The notes beneath the pieces were generated by a model. The model searched no databases. It was not told where the DNA came from and worked only from the letters and a program-made list of their open reading frames with translations. DNA of 32,000 bases, taken from the NCBI GenBank assembly GCA_016871995.1, contig VHBL01000002.1, positions 90,001 through 122,000 on the forward strand, written 5' to 3'. This document shows, piece by piece, positions 8,713 through 18,520 of this stretch (the first letter of the stretch is position 1; each line of letters starts with the position of its first letter). Made by a program: the position numbers and the translations under genes. The stretch comes from Nitrososphaerota archaeon. GTDB taxonomy: Archaea > Thermoproteota > Nitrososphaeria > Nitrososphaerales > UBA57.

Positions 8713-9376
8713 TTTTCTGCATGAACCACGACTGACTGATTATCGGCGTTACCTTTGTTATGGCAAGGGTTGGTACGGTTGAAAGAATTACATGCAAAGC
8801 GTTGTATACTGCGGTAAATGCTAACATCAACACGATAAACTGCCCTTGTGAGCCAAGCGTAATGCCTACAAGGCTCAGGGATTTCGATGCGGTATTAAAG
8901 TAAAAGTTGCTCGCAAATAGCACTCCAACCACAATGTAATTGATTGGTGTCATTACAAGCACCCTTAAGGCAAGTCCCGTAGCAATCCCCAGCGCGAAGG
9001 TCTTCGACACTCTGAAACCTATTTTTTTAGCAAGGATAAACCCAAGCCACATCCCTAACTGCATTGCAATTATGGATGCAAGTTTCATGTAAGGGCCTGG
9101 AGGGAAAGAACTCCCTCTAACCACCATGATCAGCCATAATATCGTTGATGATAGGAAACCCCACACAGGCCCGAACAGAAGAAATGCAACAACCGTAGGT
9201 ATCTCTGCAAAGTCGAAGACAAGCCATGGGAGAAGCGGAAAGGGGAATTTGACATAGAGCTGCAACAAGAACGCCATTGCACCAAGGATTGCAGCGCCAG
9301 CGATCTTTATGGAACGATTATCTAATCTTCGGGAAAGATATACTTCCTGCTGCACAATAATTGCAGAACTACGCAA
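8702..9376 (-). CDS. Multi-pass membrane protein, ECF-transporter S-component-like
   Basis: 224 aa with about 5-6 hydrophobic helices. FDFAEIPTVVAFLLFGPVWG resembles the conserved S-component (RibU-like) signature. The start (TTG at 9376) is uncertain. It overlaps the cysS 3' end convergently by 11 nt. Confidence 0.5.
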   Translation of the reverse strand: MRSSAIIVQQEVYLSRRLDNRSIKIAGAAILGAMAFLLQLYVKFPFPLLPWLVFDFAEIPTVVAFLLFGPVWGFLSSTILWLIMVVRGSSFPPGPYMKLASIIAMQLGMWLGFILAKKIGFRVSKTFALGIATGLALRVLVMTPINYIVVGVLFASNFYFNTASKSLSLVGITLGSQGQFIVLMLAFTAVYNALHVILSTVPTLAITKVTPIISQSWFMQKIKR

Positions 9377-9428
9377 GTATATAATCGTTTCCTTGACAGT
9401 CTATCATGTCATATTCGGCATAATAATA

Positions 9429-9725
9429 CTATACAGATACAATATTATCTATGGCTTCAAGAACCCTATTCACCGATTCTTGATTCTTGGGTGAAACGAC
9501 CCTAGACCTGCCTACTTCGTAAACCTCCACAATTTTTGCCTTCTTTAGAACCGAGACATGCCTGTATATTGCTCCATAGTCCATCTTCAATTGGTCAGAG
9601 ATGGCCTTTATGTGCAGAGGCCTTTTTGTGCTTGCTACCATCTCCAGAATCTGCAGCCGAACAGGACTTGCGAGGGCATCGAAGAACTTTGCAAGATCAT
9701 CCAATTTAAGGGGCAAGCTATACAA
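9429..9725 (-). CDS. ArsR/SmtB-family winged-helix transcriptional regulator
   Basis: 98 aa. FDALASPVRLQILEMV...PLHIKAISDQLKMDYGAIYRHVSVLKKAKIV is a typical ArsR HTH. Confidence 0.8.
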   Translation of the reverse strand: MYSLPLKLDDLAKFFDALASPVRLQILEMVASTKRPLHIKAISDQLKMDYGAIYRHVSVLKKAKIVEVYEVGRSRVVSPKNQESVNRVLEAIDNIVSV

Positions 9726-9759
9726 GAATCCCCCTCTGAATCGTATTTAACGCTTTATT

Positions 9760-10977
9760 CTACTTCTTCCTTGATGCTGAAACTATCGAAAGGACGTCTC
9801 TATCCTTTAATTGGTAGTCTGCAGGAAGCCTCAAGCCCGACCTTGAATCTATCGCATAAAGTAAGCCTTTTGCAAGCTCGGTATGAACCGACCTAGCCAG
9901 ATCAACAACTGTCGAACCTGAAGAAAGAAGGTAAACGTCCGGGAGAACATTGCCATCCTTGTCTGCAAACTTTTCGGGATCGGAGACTGGATAGACGGAA
10001 TTCATCCTGAGAATCTTGAAGACCGCAGTATTAATGGCAAATTGTACTCCCGTTCGCATATATTCTCCAAGTATGGCTTTGCGTATGAAACCCAGAGCTT
10101 CTAACTGCTTCTTCGTTAACGATGCTTTTTCCAGTATTTGGAACCTTTCTTCACCCGGAATGTATTTTATGACGCCCTTCTGCTGAGCTCTTCTAAGAGT
10201 TAGTTCAGCCTCACCGCTGACAGGAACTACTATCAGATCTGAATAATATTCCCGCAATCTTTTGAAGTTCTCTGCAGCATGTGGCAGATCCATTTTGTTG
10301 GCGACTATCAATGTTGGTTTTGATTCCTCTCTTAACGCCCATGCAAAACTCCTAGTATCTTGGTCAGACCAATTATCAAAGGCTTTCTTAGCCAACTTTG
10401 CCCTCTCGACCGCAGTTATCACGTGCACCATTTTGACGCCCATCCCCGCAAGAATCTCTGAAACTGCTTCCCCGATGTCCTTCCCTAATCTTATCTCTTT
10501 TGATATCTTGTCTCTGTTGGACTCTATGAGCCTCAAATACCACATTACAAGCTCCTCTTCAATGTCGCTTATGTCTGCTACAGGATCGCCATATCCGGGC
10601 TCGGTTATCTTGCCCTCAGCATCAATGCTTCCTGAAGCATCAACGACATGAAGCAAGGCATCAGACTGAGTAGCAACAGAAAGGAACTGGTTACCTAGTC
10701 CTTTCCCCATCGATGCGCCTTTTATAAGCCCAGGTAGGTCGATGAGCTCTACAGGAATGTAACGCCAACCATCCAAGCATTTTGAATTCTTTGGGTTATC
10801 CTTGACATTGAATTCTTTATGGACACAAAGAGTCAGAGCGTTGGTAACTCCTATGTTCGGGGTTTTTGTAGTGAATGGGTAGGACGAAACTTCGGCTGAT
10901 TGTAGAGTAGCAGCGTTGTAAAAAGTTGTTTTACCAGTGTTCGTTTTGCCTATAAGGCCTATTCTAATTGCGGGCAC
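9760..10977 (-). CDS. Obg-family (YchF/Ygr210-like) GTPase with a C-terminal TGS-like domain
   Basis: 405 aa with G1 GKTNTGKT, G3 DLPG, G4 NKMD and a C-terminal LPADYQLKDRDVLSIVS (TGS-like). Confidence 0.85.
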   Translation of the reverse strand: MPAIRIGLIGKTNTGKTTFYNAATLQSAEVSSYPFTTKTPNIGVTNALTLCVHKEFNVKDNPKNSKCLDGWRYIPVELIDLPGLIKGASMGKGLGNQFLSVATQSDALLHVVDASGSIDAEGKITEPGYGDPVADISDIEEELVMWYLRLIESNRDKISKEIRLGKDIGEAVSEILAGMGVKMVHVITAVERAKLAKKAFDNWSDQDTRSFAWALREESKPTLIVANKMDLPHAAENFKRLREYYSDLIVVPVSGEAELTLRRAQQKGVIKYIPGEERFQILEKASLTKKQLEALGFIRKAILGEYMRTGVQFAINTAVFKILRMNSVYPVSDPEKFADKDGNVLPDVYLLSSGSTVVDLARSVHTELAKGLLYAIDSRSGLRLPADYQLKDRDVLSIVSASRKK

Positions 10978-11047
10978 TTACTATCGCTGGAAAGAAATAT
11001 TCAATCAGATTTAAATCTACATCTTGAGCGGGTGCCTTGCTGAGCTA

Positions 11048-12061
11048 ATGACGCTTTTACGCAATACTTCGATAACAAACTCAAACGGTATCATCGTATC
11101 AACAAGGAAGAGGAAGATCTATCTTGACCCAGAGAAACCACCTGACTCTGGACTGTCATTTGTTTCCCATGCTCATCTGGATCATATACATTCGTCATTT
11201 GACGAGAAGCGTGTAATAGCTTCTGCTGAAACTGTTAGACTTGCTAAGGAGAGAGGGTTCAAGATAGGCAATTACAGCGAAGAAGAACAAGACATCGAAA
11301 CTTTTGATGCGGGGCACATCTTGGGCTCACGTGCAATTCTAATGGAGAATAGCATATTCTATACTGGAGATTTCGCTCTCCGTCCAAGAGCGTTTCTCGG
11401 AGGCGGGAAAACAGCAAAATGTGAGATATTGATCATGGAAACCACATTCGGAAGCCCTGAATATCTATTCCCTCCGGTTGAAAAAGTGCTTGAGCAGACC
11501 AACAGGCTCATTGCAGAAATGTACGCAAAGGGCGTCCCTGTAGTACTTATGGGATATCCGCTAGGCAAGTCGCAAATTCTTTCACACTATTTTTCTTTTT
11601 GGGATCCCGTCTACGTCTATGAATCGATAGCGAAGATGAACAGTACTCATACAGAACTCGGGGTGAGCCTCGGAACCAATTTCAAAAGGTATGAAGAAGC
11701 TAAGGAAAAGGGACTGCTGAATCGCAAGCCTTGGATTCTATTATCACCGTTAATGAGTGGCAGGAGCAAATTTGCGAAAGAATTAAAGGAGAAGTACGGC
11801 GCAGTTCTGGTTGCCTTTTCAGGCTGGGCATGCAGGCCAGGGTATAGGAATGCCATGAATGTTGATTACGCTTTTCCCGTTAGCGATCACTGTGACTTTA
11901 ACGAGCTCCTTCAATTGGTAAAACAGTGTTCACCGAGGAAAGTGATTACTGTTCACGGCCAGAATGAAGTTTTTGCAGCGTTCCTCCAAAAGCAGGGCTA
12001 TGACGCTCAGCCATCTTCAGCCCTCCATGCATCAATGACAGATTTCATACACGAAGACTGA
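11048..12061 (+). CDS. Metallo-beta-lactamase-fold, beta-CASP-like nuclease (short RNA/DNA-processing exonuclease type)
   Basis: It has HAHLDH (MBL motif 2) and a C-terminal DHCDFNELLQLVKQCSPRKVITVHG (beta-CASP motif C context). The ORF track opens at TTG 11024. I prefer the in-frame ATG at 11048 because a TATA-like ATTTAAATC at 11009-11017 would place the transcription start near 11040. Confidence 0.7.
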   Translation: MTLLRNTSITNSNGIIVSTRKRKIYLDPEKPPDSGLSFVSHAHLDHIHSSFDEKRVIASAETVRLAKERGFKIGNYSEEEQDIETFDAGHILGSRAILMENSIFYTGDFALRPRAFLGGGKTAKCEILIMETTFGSPEYLFPPVEKVLEQTNRLIAEMYAKGVPVVLMGYPLGKSQILSHYFSFWDPVYVYESIAKMNSTHTELGVSLGTNFKRYEEAKEKGLLNRKPWILLSPLMSGRSKFAKELKEKYGAVLVAFSGWACRPGYRNAMNVDYAFPVSDHCDFNELLQLVKQCSPRKVITVHGQNEVFAAFLQKQGYDAQPSSALHASMTDFIHED

Positions 12062-12122
12062 GTGCCAAAATCACAATTTCTATATAGCATAAAGTACATT
12101 TCGCCAACAGTTAGATGTCCAT

Positions 12123-12539
12123 ATGTCGTCGATAATGTTCAAGAAATTTGGAGAAGAATTGATTGGAATGGTGGGTAAGAAAATAACTGCATTGACTTCC
12201 GACGACAAGGTCTACCAAGGTGTCCTTCTTGGCATCGACGAAAAGCTCAATGTCATAATTGACAATCCGACTGGCGGGGAGAACGCGTACAAGGTAATTC
12301 TTAACGGAGCATACTTGAAAGAGATAAAATTGGTAGAGAAGCCTTTTAACATGAAAGCTCTTGCAGAAAGAATGTCCAAGGTCTTTCCGGGATTGGTCAA
12401 GATGAGGGAAGATATTGGCGCAATTATAGTCATGGACAAGATCAAAGTTACGGAGCATGGTGTTGTAGACAGTATAGGCCTTGCGGCAGACCGTGTCAGA
12501 TCTGTATATGACGAATTCGTCAAAGAGACAAAGAAATAG
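12123..12539 (+). CDS. Sm-like (LSm) domain protein with a C-terminal extension
   Basis: 138 aa. KKITALTSDDKVYQGVLLGIDEKLNVIIDN...VILNGAYLKEIKL matches the Sm1/Sm2 pattern. tgtA follows after a 3-nt gap. Confidence 0.65.
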   Translation: MSSIMFKKFGEELIGMVGKKITALTSDDKVYQGVLLGIDEKLNVIIDNPTGGENAYKVILNGAYLKEIKLVEKPFNMKALAERMSKVFPGLVKMREDIGAIIVMDKIKVTEHGVVDSIGLAADRVRSVYDEFVKETKK

Positions 12540-12542
12540 CCA

Positions 12543-14087
12543 ATGCGTGATATATTCCAAGTCGATGAGCTAGACCTAGCTGGGCGTATCGGTAAAATAA
12601 GGACAAACCATGGAGAGGTACAGACACCTGCACTACTTCCAGTAATACACCCATATAATCAGAAACTTCCTGCCAGTGAAATCAAGAAGATAGGCTTCCA
12701 AGCAGTGATGACCAACGCTTACATAACAATGAAGAAGTTCGGAGACGAGGCTCGAAGGAAGGGCATCCATCGGATAATAGGTTTCGACGGCCCCGTGATG
12801 ACCGATTCTGGTGGATATCAGGTTCTAGAATACGGGGAGGTTGAAGCAGATCCGCTTGAAATGGCTAGGTTTGAGGAAGAAATCAGAACGGATCTTGCCA
12901 TAATACTTGACACGCCGACAGGGAGGAGCGGCACGTATGAGGTTGCAGAGAAGACTGTAGATCTGACTCTAAAGGCATGCAAGGAAACTCTTGCTGGACT
13001 GAAGGAAAAGAATTCTTTGTGGATAGGGCCTGTGCAGGGAGGAATGTTCCTTGATCTTGTTGGTCATTCAGCCAAAACGATATCCGGAATGGACTTTGAC
13101 ATGTTCGCCCTCGGCAGCCCTACCGTAGTAATGGAATCGTATAATTTCGTCCTTCTTGCAAAGATGGTCTTGACGGCCAAGAAGGCCCTTCCTTCTGGAA
13201 AGCCATTCCACCTGTTTGGCTTGGGTCATCCTCTCCCACTCTCTTTAGCCGTGGCACTGGGCTGCGACACCTTCGACTCTGCATCTTACTGGCTATATGC
13301 AAAAGACGGGAGGTACATTACCGACCTTGGCACAAGGCATATCGAAGAATTGGCCTATCTATCGTGCAGCTGCCCAGTCTGCTCAAATTATACCCCATCA
13401 GAGATTCGAGAGTCCGATGAGAAAGTGCTACTTCTTGCAAGGCACAACATACATGTTCTCTGGAAAGAGGTGCAGTCGACTAGGCAGGCCATCAAGGAGG
13501 GGAGATTATGGGAGTATGTAGGCTCGAAGGCAAGGTCGCATCCTAACATGTGGAGCGCCTTCAATTATATTGCAGGGAACTGGGACTATCTTGAGAAGTT
13601 CAGTCCCTTTACCAAAGACAGAGGAGTCTTCATTGCATCTTCCCCTGACGATCTCAGGCCTGAAGTTCAGAGGTATGATGCCCTATTTGGAAGCATAAAA
13701 CCAAGAAAGAATTTGGTCGTGCTTCCCAATAATACAGAGAAACCTTTCCTGCTGTCTCCGCTTTATCTTAAGCTTGATGGCAAGGAAGATACATTATTTT
13801 GCGCCTTCAAGGTTCCTCTTGGGCTGATCCCCGCAGGAATTTCTGACATTTACCCGTTTTCGCAGAGCGTGGTTTCCGAGGATGCTTTTGAAGATGTCAT
13901 GCTGATGAAGAGGGTTGAAGCGAGGCTAAAGAAGCAGCTCAAAGCATTAAGGCCAAATAGACTGCTGCTTGTAATAGACGGCAGAAGTTCTGGTATGGCA
14001 AAGTTCCTGCAGAGAGTCTTGAAACCCACCAAAACTATCAAGCTAGAAGGGGTCAAGAATCTTAAGATAAAGGAAGAAATTGGATAA
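12543..14087 (+). CDS. tgtA: Archaeosine tRNA-guanine(15) transglycosylase (ArcTGT), short form
   Basis: 514 aa with the catalytic MTDSGGYQ and the zinc site CSCPVCSNY...H. It is shorter than PUA-containing ArcTGTs. Confidence 0.9.
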   Translation: MRDIFQVDELDLAGRIGKIRTNHGEVQTPALLPVIHPYNQKLPASEIKKIGFQAVMTNAYITMKKFGDEARRKGIHRIIGFDGPVMTDSGGYQVLEYGEVEADPLEMARFEEEIRTDLAIILDTPTGRSGTYEVAEKTVDLTLKACKETLAGLKEKNSLWIGPVQGGMFLDLVGHSAKTISGMDFDMFALGSPTVVMESYNFVLLAKMVLTAKKALPSGKPFHLFGLGHPLPLSLAVALGCDTFDSASYWLYAKDGRYITDLGTRHIEELAYLSCSCPVCSNYTPSEIRESDEKVLLLARHNIHVLWKEVQSTRQAIKEGRLWEYVGSKARSHPNMWSAFNYIAGNWDYLEKFSPFTKDRGVFIASSPDDLRPEVQRYDALFGSIKPRKNLVVLPNNTEKPFLLSPLYLKLDGKEDTLFCAFKVPLGLIPAGISDIYPFSQSVVSEDAFEDVMLMKRVEARLKKQLKALRPNRLLLVIDGRSSGMAKFLQRVLKPTKTIKLEGVKNLKIKEEIG

Positions 14088-14120
14088 GACATTTTACCCT
14101 CTGCATCTGCCTTCACCGTA

Positions 14121-15440
14121 TTGACTTCAATCACTTTCTACGGCGGGGTCGGGGAGATAGGCGGGAACAAGATACTTGTCGAGGATAAGGGCACAAAGAT
14201 ATTGCTTGACTTTGGGATGTCTTTCAAGGCCAAGGGAGCATTCTATTCCCCTCCATTTCTGTCGCCCAAAAGTGGTTCTGCTCTTGTTGAACTCGGGATA
14301 CTTCCCAAGATAGATGGCCTCTACGAGTTCGATGACAGCAGGCCGAACATTGATGGAGTCTTCATTTCCCATGCCCACTTGGACCACTATGGCCATGTTC
14401 CCATGCTGAAGAGAACCATCCCGATTTATTGCGGGGAAACTACCCGCACTATTATTGAAGCCTCTTCAAAGACAAGGCAGTCAAACTTTGAATCCAACGT
14501 TGATGGAATACAGTGGAAGACCTTCAGGACTGGGAAGAAAGTTAGCGTCGATTCAATTGCAGTTGAGCCCATACATGTAGATCATTCTGTACCTGGAGCT
14601 TACGGTTTCTTGGTTCACACTTCTTCAGGGACGATAGCCTATACTGGCGACTTCAGGATGCACGGCCCTCGGAGGGACATGTCAGAAGAGTTCCTCGAAA
14701 AGGCTGCTGAAACTGATCCCGTAGCAATACTGACGGAGGGGACAAACCTTGCTGGGGCAGAAATTTCGTCTGAAGCAGAAGTTTCCGACAAACTGTCAAA
14801 ACTTGTAAAGTCTACCAGAGGGATAGTACTTGCAGAGTTTTCCAAGAGCGACACTGACAGGCTGACATCTTTCTACAACGCTGCGAAGAACGGTTCGAGG
14901 TCTCTGGCGATATCGATGCGACAGGCTTACGTCCTGAAGGCTCTGGAGAAAGATCCCAACCTCAAACTTCCAAAACTTTCAGACAAGAACCTGACGGTCT
15001 TCAGGAGGGCAAAGAAGACATACTATTCGTGGGAGAAGGAAGTCATGGACGATGCTGAAGTCGTAGATTCTGCTAGATTGTCAAAGATACAGGGTGAAAC
15101 TGTCCTTGCAGCATCTCTTGCTGATCTTGAGGAATTGATAGAGATCAACCCAGCATCTGGGAGCTGCTATGTTTTATCCGCATCTGAGCCGTTCAACGAA
15201 GAGATGGAGATAGGCTTCGACAAGCTGATGTCTTGGCTCGACCATTACGGTATCGTCCAATATCACATCCATGTCTCTGGGCACATTATGCCCTTGCAGT
15301 TGAGAGACGCTCTTCAAAAGATTCAAGCCAGAAAAATATTCCCGATACATAACGAGCATCCAGAGCTCTTTGGAAGATTCGTTTCGGGGATGAAGAGCGA
15401 GGTCTTGGTTGCAGAAAAGGGAACTTCTTACAAATTATGA
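14121..15440 (+). CDS. Archaeal RNase J-like beta-CASP metallo-beta-lactamase ribonuclease
   Basis: 439 aa with a TTG start, an N-terminal FYGGVGEIGGNKILVE, HAHLDHYGH, and a C-terminal HVSGH...IHNEH. Confidence 0.8.
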   Translation: MTSITFYGGVGEIGGNKILVEDKGTKILLDFGMSFKAKGAFYSPPFLSPKSGSALVELGILPKIDGLYEFDDSRPNIDGVFISHAHLDHYGHVPMLKRTIPIYCGETTRTIIEASSKTRQSNFESNVDGIQWKTFRTGKKVSVDSIAVEPIHVDHSVPGAYGFLVHTSSGTIAYTGDFRMHGPRRDMSEEFLEKAAETDPVAILTEGTNLAGAEISSEAEVSDKLSKLVKSTRGIVLAEFSKSDTDRLTSFYNAAKNGSRSLAISMRQAYVLKALEKDPNLKLPKLSDKNLTVFRRAKKTYYSWEKEVMDDAEVVDSARLSKIQGETVLAASLADLEELIEINPASGSCYVLSASEPFNEEMEIGFDKLMSWLDHYGIVQYHIHVSGHIMPLQLRDALQKIQARKIFPIHNEHPELFGRFVSGMKSEVLVAEKGTSYKL

Positions 15441-15485
15441 GAAAGGTTAACTAGCTCTGAACAGTAGTTTTTTTGGTTTGCAGGT

Positions 15486-16631
15486 ATGAAGAAACTGATC
15501 ATGCTTCCCGGGCCAACTAATGTCCCCGAGCCCGTCATGAGGGCCATGCTAGAGCCCATGATCAACCATCGTAGCACATCCTTCAGTAAATTACTGAAAA
15601 GGATTGTGGAGAGAGGCCAGAAGATATTCCAGACCTCTGGGGAGATAATCTGCCTGACCACTTCTGGCACTGGAGCCGTAGAAGCTTCCGTGACCAACTT
15701 GGTCAAGAAGGGCGATAAGGTAATTGTTACAGTCTTCGGAGAATTCGGAACCAGACTTTCCGAGGAGATTGAAGATATGGGTGCACATGCCATAAAGGTT
15801 AATGCACCTTTCGGGGATGCTCCCCCGATCTCTGCAGTCGAGGATGCATTTGAAAAAAACGGGAAGGTGAAGGCACTTTATGTCGTTGCCAACGAAACTT
15901 CTACGGGAGTAGCGGTAAAGTGGCTGAAGCAGGCTGGAGAACTCTGCTCCAAGCATGGAACATTCTTTGTTGCTGATACAGTCTCGAACTTTGGAGGGGA
16001 TGAAATTCCTGTCGATGCTTACAATATAGATGTCTGCGTGACTGCGAGCCAGAAGTGCATAGCCGCTCCCCCGGGACTTGCGATACTCTCTGTTAGCGAG
16101 AGGGCCAAGCGATACATGCTTGATAACCCTGCTCCGATGCAGTATCTGAACCTTCCGCGATACTTCAAATATACTGAAAGAGGGGAGACTCCTTTCACGC
16201 CAGTCCTTCCACTATACTGGGCCCTTGACGCTGCTTTTGATTTGATGCTGGAAGAGGGTATGGAGAAGAGGGTTCAGCGCCATAAGATATGTGCTGATGC
16301 GTTTTACTCTGCATTCAAGGCTGCAGGCTTGGAAACCTTTGCAAACCCTCAGAGCAGGTCTAACACTGTAGTAGCTTTAAAGTACCCTCAGGGCTTCAAT
16401 GACAAGCAGTTCAGAGGTGCAGTTGAGGACAATTACGGAGTCGTCCTTGCTGGGGGCTTTGGAGAGTATAGCGGGAAGCTCTTCAGGGTGGGAAGCATGG
16501 GTGAGGTTCACAGGTATCATGTCATGACCTCCGTGTCTGCAGTGGTCAACACGATGAAGCAGATGGGTGCCAATGTAAATGTCGAGGCTGGACTGTCTGC
16601 TGCTGCAAATGGATTGAAAACTCTGTCATGA
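15486..16631 (+). CDS. Class V pyridoxal-phosphate aminotransferase (serine-glyoxylate/alanine-glyoxylate/phosphoserine aminotransferase family)
   Basis: 381 aa. MLPGPTNVPEPV N-terminus and SQKCIAAPPGL (PLP-lysine context) are both typical of the AGXT family. Confidence 0.85.
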   Translation: MKKLIMLPGPTNVPEPVMRAMLEPMINHRSTSFSKLLKRIVERGQKIFQTSGEIICLTTSGTGAVEASVTNLVKKGDKVIVTVFGEFGTRLSEEIEDMGAHAIKVNAPFGDAPPISAVEDAFEKNGKVKALYVVANETSTGVAVKWLKQAGELCSKHGTFFVADTVSNFGGDEIPVDAYNIDVCVTASQKCIAAPPGLAILSVSERAKRYMLDNPAPMQYLNLPRYFKYTERGETPFTPVLPLYWALDAAFDLMLEEGMEKRVQRHKICADAFYSAFKAAGLETFANPQSRSNTVVALKYPQGFNDKQFRGAVEDNYGVVLAGGFGEYSGKLFRVGSMGEVHRYHVMTSVSAVVNTMKQMGANVNVEAGLSAAANGLKTLS

Positions 16632-17141
16632 TTTAGGGATGTTCCTGACCCTGTTGATGCCGTCTATATCCTCGATGATCTTTGCGACTGTCTTCGGGAC
16701 AAGGTGCTTCCAAGACTTTCCCTTCTCCATCCTTTCTCTTATGCCTGTCCCTTTGTAGTTCCCCCTGTCTTCGAGAGGTACTGGGACGACTTTTACGCCT
16801 CTCTCCTTGAAGAGCTGCGTAGTTAACTGCTCATTGGTGTAAACTATACTGTAATCCAGTACCAAAGCATCGACATAAGAAACCCAGACGGAGTGCTGCA
16901 CCGCATCCGGAACAGGAACTATGATTATCTTCTTGCAGTCCATGCCGGCTTCATCTATGGCCATCTTGATCATTTTGATCCGTTCTCCTGCAGTGAAAGG
17001 GTTCCTCGGCTCGTGGCTCTTTTGCGAAGAGCCTACAGCTATGTACAGCAAGTCTACCTGCTTTAGCGCAAATTTTACAGCCTTCAGATGACCGTTATGG
17101 AAAGGCTGGAACCTACCTACAAGCACTCCTACCTTCATCAA
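16626..17141 (-). CDS. Nicotinamide-nucleotide adenylyltransferase (archaeal NMNAT)
   Basis: 171 aa. GRFQPFHNGH (HxGH) is near the N-terminus, and the size and layout match archaeal NMNAT. Confidence 0.9.
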   Translation of the reverse strand: MMKVGVLVGRFQPFHNGHLKAVKFALKQVDLLYIAVGSSQKSHEPRNPFTAGERIKMIKMAIDEAGMDCKKIIIVPVPDAVQHSVWVSYVDALVLDYSIVYTNEQLTTQLFKERGVKVVPVPLEDRGNYKGTGIRERMEKGKSWKHLVPKTVAKIIEDIDGINRVRNIPKS

Positions 17142-17182
17142 CTACGCTAACAAAATGCTATATTTTAAGCCTAAACGGGTTT

Positions 17183-18214
17183 ATGGATGTGATAGCGATT
17201 GACGGCTCTTACGGTGAGGGAGGAGGGCAGATTTTACGTACTGCGGTTGGATTGTCTGTCGCTACGGGTCAGAGCATAGAGGTATTCAACATAAGAGCTA
17301 ATCGTCCCGTCCCGGGACTGAAGGCTCAGCATTTGTGGGCCGTTAAAAGTGCTGCTGAACTATGCTCAGGGAAAGTCGATTGCTTGAGGGAGGGTTCTAC
17401 CGCAATAAAGTTTCAACCTCAAAAGCCGAAGAATGAAAATCTGAAATTCGATATCGGGACTGCTGGGAGCATTACATTATTGCTGCAGGCTCTGATCCCT
17501 GCCGTTTCTCGCCAAAAAGGGGAATTCCGTTTTGATGTTAAAGGAGGAACTGACGTAAAGTGGAGCCCTACCCTTGACTATTTTAGACACATCGTCATCC
17601 CGCTTTATTCGCAGATAGGTGTTGAAGTTTCATTGGAGGTTAGAAAGCGAGGATTTTATCCGGTTGGAGGAGGAGATATTTCCTGCAAGATAACTGCGAA
17701 GGGTTATCTGAATAATATTGCATTGAAAGAAAAGACTAGAGGGAAGGCCAGCATAGCAAGTGTCTGCTCTAACCTACCGAAGAGCATAGCCGAGAGGCAG
17801 CTGAAGGCTGCAGAGGACTTTCTAATCAGTAATAATGTTGAAGTTGAGGGAAAGTATGCAAATGTTGAGTCTGCAGCATCTCCCGGCTCTGCAATTTGTG
17901 TGTATTTTGGTAAAGGCTCTTACATTGGAGGGGACAGCATAGGCGAAAGGGCAAAGCCTTCTGAAAAGGTTGGGTTTGAAGCTGCAAAATTGTTTTTTGA
18001 TGAGTACTCGTCAGATTGCACGTTGGATAGCCATGTTGCAGATATGGTAGTTCCCCTTCTGGCACTGGCAAAGAATGAATCTGTTTTTGTGACTTCAAAA
18101 AGGACCGAGCATTTACTAACGAATCTGCATATTGCAAAGATGATAACTGAGTGTGAATATTCGGTGGAGCAGTTAGATAGCGGAGCGTCAGTAGTTAGAA
18201 TTACGCCAAAATAA
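17183..18214 (+). CDS. rtcA: RNA 3'-terminal phosphate cyclase
   Basis: 343 aa with IDGSYGEGGGQILRTAVGLS and LDSHVADMVVPLLAL (the adenylylated His context). Confidence 0.9.
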   Translation: MDVIAIDGSYGEGGGQILRTAVGLSVATGQSIEVFNIRANRPVPGLKAQHLWAVKSAAELCSGKVDCLREGSTAIKFQPQKPKNENLKFDIGTAGSITLLLQALIPAVSRQKGEFRFDVKGGTDVKWSPTLDYFRHIVIPLYSQIGVEVSLEVRKRGFYPVGGGDISCKITAKGYLNNIALKEKTRGKASIASVCSNLPKSIAERQLKAAEDFLISNNVEVEGKYANVESAASPGSAICVYFGKGSYIGGDSIGERAKPSEKVGFEAAKLFFDEYSSDCTLDSHVADMVVPLLALAKNESVFVTSKRTEHLLTNLHIAKMITECEYSVEQLDSGASVVRITPK

Positions 18215-18280
18215 TTTTATTTTTGCCAAGACATGGCCTTATTAGAAAATAATTTCTTGTATAGAACTACATGTCCAATG

Positions 18281-18288
18281 TTTATAAG
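18281..18288 (+). promoter_or_regulatory. TATA box (TTTATAAG) for hicB
   Basis: It is centred about 26-27 nt upstream of the hicB ATG (18311), consistent with a leaderless archaeal transcript. Confidence 0.45.
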
Positions 18289-18310
18289 TTAATTACATTA
18301 TCATACAATT

Positions 18311-18517
18311 ATGAAATTTACCGTGCGAATCTACAAGGGAGAGAAGTTCTACATAGGTAGGGTTCCCGAATTAGGAGTTACTACTCAAGGCAGAACCAAG
18401 GAGGAAGCCAAGAGAAACCTAAGAGAAGCTATACAAGTTCACTTGGAAGCAATGGTAGATTACGCTATAGAGCACGGGAAAGTGAAAATCGAAAAAGGAC
18501 AATTAATCACTGCCTAA
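18311..18517 (+). CDS. hicB: HicB-family antitoxin (UPF0150-like)
   Basis: 68 aa. MKFTVRIYKGEKFYIGRVPELGVTTQGRTKEEAKRNLREAIQVHLEAM is the typical HicB N-terminal fold. It lies 3 nt upstream of hicA. Confidence 0.8.
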   Translation: MKFTVRIYKGEKFYIGRVPELGVTTQGRTKEEAKRNLREAIQVHLEAMVDYAIEHGKVKIEKGQLITA

Positions 18518-18520
18518 GCA

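Noticed and set aside
9728-9750. Weak reverse-orientation resemblance (CCCTCTGAATCG...TATTTAACG) to the 34-nt intergenic motif
   Set aside because: It needs a 3-nt gap and several mismatches, which is not distinguishable from chance by eye.
12111-12560. 149-aa and 103-aa minus-strand ORFs antisense to the LSm gene
   Set aside because: They overlap a plus-strand ORF with a clear Sm-fold pattern and an operon context. The antisense translations have no recognisable motifs and have an odd composition (Cys/His/Phe-rich).
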